A stretch of DNA of 64,000 nucleotides from Verrucomicrobiales bacterium (GTDB lineage Bacteria > Verrucomicrobiota > Verrucomicrobiia > Verrucomicrobiales > Akkermansiaceae), in the NCBI GenBank assembly GCA_038204755.1, contig JBBRCO010000002.1, positions 8,404-72,403 on the forward strand, read 5' to 3'. A program made the position numbers and the translations under genes. Shown piece by piece: positions 59,560 to 64,000 of the stretch. Every line of letters begins with the position of its first letter. Position 1 is the first letter of the stretch. The notes under the pieces are model-generated. The model was not told the origin of the DNA, made no database searches, and saw only the letters and a list, made by a program, of their open reading frames with translations.

Positions 59560-59842
59560 TCACGACTCTGCCGCGGCGCGTTTGAGTTCCTCGACGAACG
59601 CGAGAATCTGCGGCGCAATCGATAAGTCGGTGGAAATTCCCGCCGCTACTTCGATCCTCCTCGGTTCATGTGCCAGCGGACGCGTGATCAGACGTTGACG
59701 CTGGCCGCGGTTGATCGGGCTGCCAGCCGCTAACAGGGCGATCCCCAGATTCCCTTCGAGCGCCGCAGTCAGGCTGCTCACACCATCGAATTCCCCTGCG
59801 ACCTTCGCCTGGAGGTGGTGCTCTTTCTGCCATCTCTGATAT
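59560..59842 (-). pseudogene. LysR substrate-binding domain C-terminal fragment
   Basis: ...AKVAGEFDGVSSL.AALE.NLGIALL...LAFVEELK; in-frame stop upstream, no HTH. Confidence 0.6.
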
Positions 59843-59896
59843 CACAGGCGGGCATCACCATTTGACACTCTGGAATTTTTGCGTAAAAGTTCTGTT

Positions 59897-62470
59897 ATGG
59901 GACTCGAAAAAATCACTCAGAAACTCCAGGAAGCTCTGCAGTCGGCACAAAGCATCGCCTCGAAATCCGCCCACTCGGAAGTGAAAAGCGCGCACGTTCT
60001 GCTAGCACTTCTCCAGCAGGAAGGCGGCATCGCAGTGCCGATCCTGCAAAAGGCGGGCATCGATATCGCGCACCTCAAGGCCTCCGTCGCCGCCGCGCTT
60101 TCCCGCGAGCCGAGCGTCCAGGGTGCCTCCACCCAGCCACAAATCAGCGTCGGGCTCCGGTCCACGCTGGAGGCCGCTGACGCCGCACGCGAATCGCTCG
60201 GTGACGACTATCTGAGCGTCGAACATTTCATCCTCGGCTCGTTGAAAGGGAATTCGCCTGCTGGAAAACTGCTCAAGGAAACCGGACTCGATGAGAAGAA
60301 AGCCCGCGATGCCATCACCAGCGTGCGCGGTTCCCAAAAAGTCACCGACGATGCTCCCGAGGGAAAATATCAGACGCTCGAAAAATACGGCACCGACCTA
60401 ACTGCCCGCGCCCGCGCCGGTAAGATCGATCCCGTCATCGGCCGCGATCACGAGATCCGCCGCGTGCTCCAGGTGCTTTCACGCCGCACGAAAAACAATC
60501 CCGTCCTCATCGGCGAGCCCGGCGTCGGCAAGACCGCCATCGTCGAAGGCCTCGCCCGCCGCATCGTTTCCGGCGACGTGCCGGAATCCATGAAGAACAA
60601 GCGCGTCATCAGCATGGACCTCGGCGGCATGCTCGCCGGCGCGAAATACCGTGGCGAATTCGAGGAACGGCTGAAGGCGTTTTTGAAAGAAGTCACCGAC
60701 TCCGAAGGCCAGATCATCCTCTTCATCGACGAGCTCCACACCATCGTCGGAGCCGGTGCCAGCGAAGGCGCGGTCGATGCCTCGAATCTTTTGAAACCCC
60801 AGCTTGCCCGCGGCGAATTGCACGCCATCGGCGCGACCACGCTCGATGAATATCGGAAATACATCGAAAAGGACGCCGCCCTCGAACGCCGTTTCCAACC
60901 GGTCATGGTTGGCGAGCCGTCCGTGGAAGACACCGTCGCTATACTCCGTGGTCTGAAAGAGCGCTACGAAGTTCACCACGGCGTCCGCATTCAGGATGGT
61001 GCCATCGTCGCTGCCGCTGCTCTATCCGACCGTTATATTTCGGACCGCTTCCTTCCCGACAAGGCCGTCGATCTCATCGACGAAGCCGCCTCCCGACTCA
61101 AGATCGAACTCGATTCCATGCCCACCGAGATCGACGTGCTGGAGCGCCAGATCCTCCAGCTCGAAATGGAAAAAAAAGCCCTCGAAAAGGAAACCGACAA
61201 GGCCTCCGCCGTTCGCCTGGACAAGGTGAAGGAAGAGCAGGCGAATCTCCGCGAGAAATCGTCCGGCCTCATGGCCCAGTGGCGGAATGAAAAAGCCATC
61301 ATCGACCGTGTCCGCGCTGCCCAGGAGAAGATCGAGAACCTGAAAAGCGATGCCGAGCGCGCCCAACGCATCGGCGATCTCACCCGTGCCTCACAGATAA
61401 CTTATGGCGATCTACCAGAAGCGAATCGCGAGCAGGAAGCGGCCCAAGACCAGCTTTCCATCCTTCAGAAAAACGGTGCAATGCTCAAAGAGGAAGTCAC
61501 CGAGGAGGACATCGCTCGCGTGGTTTCCTCGTGGACCGGCATTCCCGTGAACCGCCTGCAGGAAGGCGAAAAACAAAAGCTCGTCCAGATGGAAGCCCGT
61601 CTTGGCGATCGCGTGGTCGGTCAGAAAAAAGCCATCAAGGCCGTCGCCAACGCCGTCCGCCGCGCGCGCGCCGGATTGCAGGACGAGAACCGCCCTATCG
61701 GCTCGTTCATTTTCCTCGGCCCCACCGGTGTCGGTAAAACCGAACTCTCGAAAGCCCTCGCGGAATTCCTCTTCGACGACGAGGGCGCGATGGTTCGCAT
61801 CGACATGTCGGAGTACATGGAAAAGCACAGCGTTGCCCGTCTGATAGGCGCGCCTCCCGGATACGTCGGCTATGACGAAGGCGGCCAGCTCAGCGAGGCG
61901 GTCCGCCGCAAGCCCTACTCGGTCGTGCTTTTCGACGAAATTGAAAAAGCCCACCCGGATGTATTCAACGTCCTGCTCCAGGTGCTCGACGACGGGCGCA
62001 TCACCGACGGCAAAGGCCGCACCGTGGATTTCCGCAACACCGTGCTCATCATGACCTCCAATATCGGCTCGCAATACATCCTGCACGAGGAAAACTCCGA
62101 GCAGCGCGAAGCCAAAGTCACCGAAGCCCTGCGCGGCCACTTCCGTCCCGAGTTCCTCAACCGTGTCGATGAAACCATCATCTTTGATCGCCTCGACCGC
62201 GCGGAGCTCACCACCATCGTCGATCTCCAGCTAGACCGCGTCCGCAAGCGTCTCGCCAAAAAAGGTCTCGGCCTTGCACTCACGGAAGCCGCCAAGGAAT
62301 ACATCGGCAATCAAGGCTACGATCCCGTTTACGGTGCCCGCCCGCTCAAACGCGCCATCCAACACCAGCTCCTCGATCCTCTCAGCCTCGACGTGCTCGA
62401 CGGTAAATTCGTCGATGGCGACGTCATCCAAGCAGACTTCGCCAACGGCGGCATCGTTTTCACAAAGTGA
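59897..62470 (+). CDS. clpB: ATP-dependent disaggregase ClpB
   Basis: [14 protein letters not shown], long M-domain, [22 protein letters not shown]. Confidence 0.97.
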   Translation: MGLEKITQKLQEALQSAQSIASKSAHSEVKSAHVLLALLQQEGGIAVPILQKAGIDIAHLKASVAAALSREPSVQGASTQPQISVGLRSTLEAADAARESLGDDYLSVEHFILGSLKGNSPAGKLLKETGLDEKKARDAITSVRGSQKVTDDAPEGKYQTLEKYGTDLTARARAGKIDPVIGRDHEIRRVLQVLSRRTKNNPVLIGEPGVGKTAIVEGLARRIVSGDVPESMKNKRVISMDLGGMLAGAKYRGEFEERLKAFLKEVTDSEGQIILFIDELHTIVGAGASEGAVDASNLLKPQLARGELHAIGATTLDEYRKYIEKDAALERRFQPVMVGEPSVEDTVAILRGLKERYEVHHGVRIQDGAIVAAAALSDRYISDRFLPDKAVDLIDEAASRLKIELDSMPTEIDVLERQILQLEMEKKALEKETDKASAVRLDKVKEEQANLREKSSGLMAQWRNEKAIIDRVRAAQEKIENLKSDAERAQRIGDLTRASQITYGDLPEANREQEAAQDQLSILQKNGAMLKEEVTEEDIARVVSSWTGIPVNRLQEGEKQKLVQMEARLGDRVVGQKKAIKAVANAVRRARAGLQDENRPIGSFIFLGPTGVGKTELSKALAEFLFDDEGAMVRIDMSEYMEKHSVARLIGAPPGYVGYDEGGQLSEAVRRKPYSVVLFDEIEKAHPDVFNVLLQVLDDGRITDGKGRTVDFRNTVLIMTSNIGSQYILHEENSEQREAKVTEALRGHFRPEFLNRVDETIIFDRLDRAELTTIVDLQLDRVRKRLAKKGLGLALTEAAKEYIGNQGYDPVYGARPLKRAIQHQLLDPLSLDVLDGKFVDGDVIQADFANGGIVFTK

Positions 62471-62771
62471 GATGATAGAGGGCAACTAAAAGTGTGGTCC
62501 GCACAGTCCCCTGTGCGGTCTTCGCTGGGCCAGGCTGGATATGCCATGCACCGTCGAAGCTCGGAATCAAACGTGCCCGGCCCTCCACGAAGTGTTTCCG
62601 GCGAGGGTGCCCCCCGGAAGAACAGACAGGAATGTCTGTGTCACGCCAGAAACCGCACGCGCGCTCACCATGCTCCCTTCACCGAGAACTCAGACTTTCC
62701 TGCCGCCTGCCCACCACTTTCAGTTCTCTTTCTGTGCTGTCAGATTCAATGTGACGGTCAGCATGTGCAGA

Positions 62772-62828
62772 CGTGGTTGCGGCGGGACGCCAAACCCACG
62801 TTCACATTTCTGTCCGCCAGGTAATAAT
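62772..62828 (-). repeat. 57-nt dispersed REP-like element, copy 2
   Basis: Reverse complement matches 32369-32425 with 8 mismatches. Confidence 0.85.
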
Positions 62829-62866
62829 TTACGCTACACCAAGTCCGCATCAGGATGCGCCACATC

Positions 62867-64000
62867 ATGAACCCACCCGCATCCTCGAAAATCGGCACGC
62901 TGGCAGCGACGGCGTTGGTCGTGTCCAGCATGGTTGGCACCGGCGTGTTCACGAGTCTGGGCTATCAGGTAGGGGATATTCCTTCGGGTCCAGGGATTCT
63001 GTTGGTGTGGATTCTGGGCGGACTGGTAGCACTGTGCGGGGCGCTGTCGTATGCGGAGCTGGCAGGGGCGCTGCCGAGATCGGGCGGCGAATATCATTTC
63101 ATCGGGCGGCTCTATCATCCATCGCTCGGCTGGACGGCGGGCTTGCTGTCGGCAGTGGTCGGGTTCGCAGCGCCCACGGCGTTGGCGGCGCTGGCACTCG
63201 GCAGTTATGCGCACCGGGCCTTTCCGCAGGTTCCGGCGGCGTTGGCTGCGGTGGTGGCGTTGATCGCGGTGACAGGCGGGCATTTGCTGACTTTGAAAAC
63301 AAGCGCGCGACTTCAGACGGTATCCACGGCGTTGAAACTAACGCTGATTCTCGGATTCATCCTCGCGGCGTTTCTCAAGACCGGACACGGCGATATCCGC
63401 TGGGAAATCCGGCCGCAGGAGGATCTATCGATCATCGCCCGCCCGGCGTTCGCGGTGGCGTTGTTGTTCGTTTTCTATGCCTACTCGGGATGGAACGCGG
63501 CGGTTTACATGCTGGAGGAACTCAATGACCAGCGGCACACGGTTTCTCGATCGTTAGTTTTCGGAACATTGCTGGTGATGTTGCTTTATGTGCTGCTGAA
63601 CGCCGCGTTCTTGAAAGCAGCGCCGGTGGCGGATCTGGCAGGAGTGACGGAGGTGGGTCACGTGGCGGCGCAGGCACTGTTCGGAGAGGGAGCGGCGCGC
63701 TGGTTCAGCGGTTTGCTTTCTCTCGGACTGGTGGCGACAGTGAGCGCGCTGGTCTGGGCCGGGCCGCGGGTGCTGCATGTGATGGGGCGGGATTTCCATT
63801 TCCTGCGCGTGCTGGCGGTGAAAAACCGCCATGGCATCCCGGTTCCGGCGACGTTGATTCTGTCAGGTCTGGCGCTGCTATTCGTGCATGTGGGAAATTT
63901 CGCCCAACTGCTCACCTACACCCAGTTCGCGCTGACCTTGTGCGCTTTTCTGGCGGTGTTTGGAATCTTCATCGTGCGGAGAAAGCCCCGGGTTGAGGGT
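62867..64000 (+). CDS. APC family amino acid permease (partial, runs off window)
   Basis: Manual translation: MNPP...MVGTGVF...W..GG..ALCGALSYAEL...PRSGGEY, FYAYSGWN; not in the ORF track. Confidence 0.9.
   Translation, partial: MNPPASSKIGTLAATALVVSSMVGTGVFTSLGYQVGDIPSGPGILLVWILGGLVALCGALSYAELAGALPRSGGEYHFIGRLYHPSLGWTAGLLSAVVGFAAPTALAALALGSYAHRAFPQVPAALAAVVALIAVTGGHLLTLKTSARLQTVSTALKLTLILGFILAAFLKTGHGDIRWEIRPQEDLSIIARPAFAVALLFVFYAYSGWNAAVYMLEELNDQRHTVSRSLVFGTLLVMLLYVLLNAAFLKAAPVADLAGVTEVGHVAAQALFGEGAARWFSGLLSLGLVATVSALVWAGPRVLHVMGRDFHFLRVLAVKNRHGIPVPATLILSGLALLFVHVGNFAQLLTYTQFALTLCAFLAVFGIFIVRRKPRVEG

Noticed and set aside
59862-59890. CIRCE element upstream of clpB
   Set aside because: TTGACACTC resembles a left half-site, but no GAGTGCTAA right half follows; it is more simply a -35 box.
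660-62140. Many long antisense or alternate-frame ORFs (e.g. 2850-3893, 23891-25024, 53200-54177)
   Set aside because: Shadow ORFs expected from high-GC codon bias opposite well-supported genes.

Overview
GC-rich bacterial window, most consistent with Verrucomicrobiota (inferred from protein families and repeat styles, not tested). From 5' to 3': a partial NtrC-like regulator; a ~16.5 kb operon encoding pyruvate:ferredoxin oxidoreductase, a non-canonical dihydroorotate-dehydrogenase-like flavoprotein and a NuoEFG-less '2M' complex I (nuoABCDIHJKLMMN, with a lengthened NuoL lateral helix); an L-fucose uptake/isomerase locus; polysaccharide genes; a ~1.3 kb mosaic of decayed defence-island fragments (fn3, hsdR, fic, cas2, type I-C leader and one degenerate repeat); lipB, ruvC, a vapBC pair and a DEAD-box helicase; a four-gene type-VII-secretion-like operon (WXG100-like proteins plus an FtsK/EccC-like ATPase); an ECF sigma/Ser-Thr kinase pair; cysJIHK; nadE; clpB; and a partial APC permease. 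No rRNA, tRNA, intact IS element or intact CRISPR array was seen. The best candidates for an under-described system are the PFOR + DHOD-like + 2M complex I module and the minimal WXG100/FtsK operon. All homology calls come from motif recognition, not database searches.
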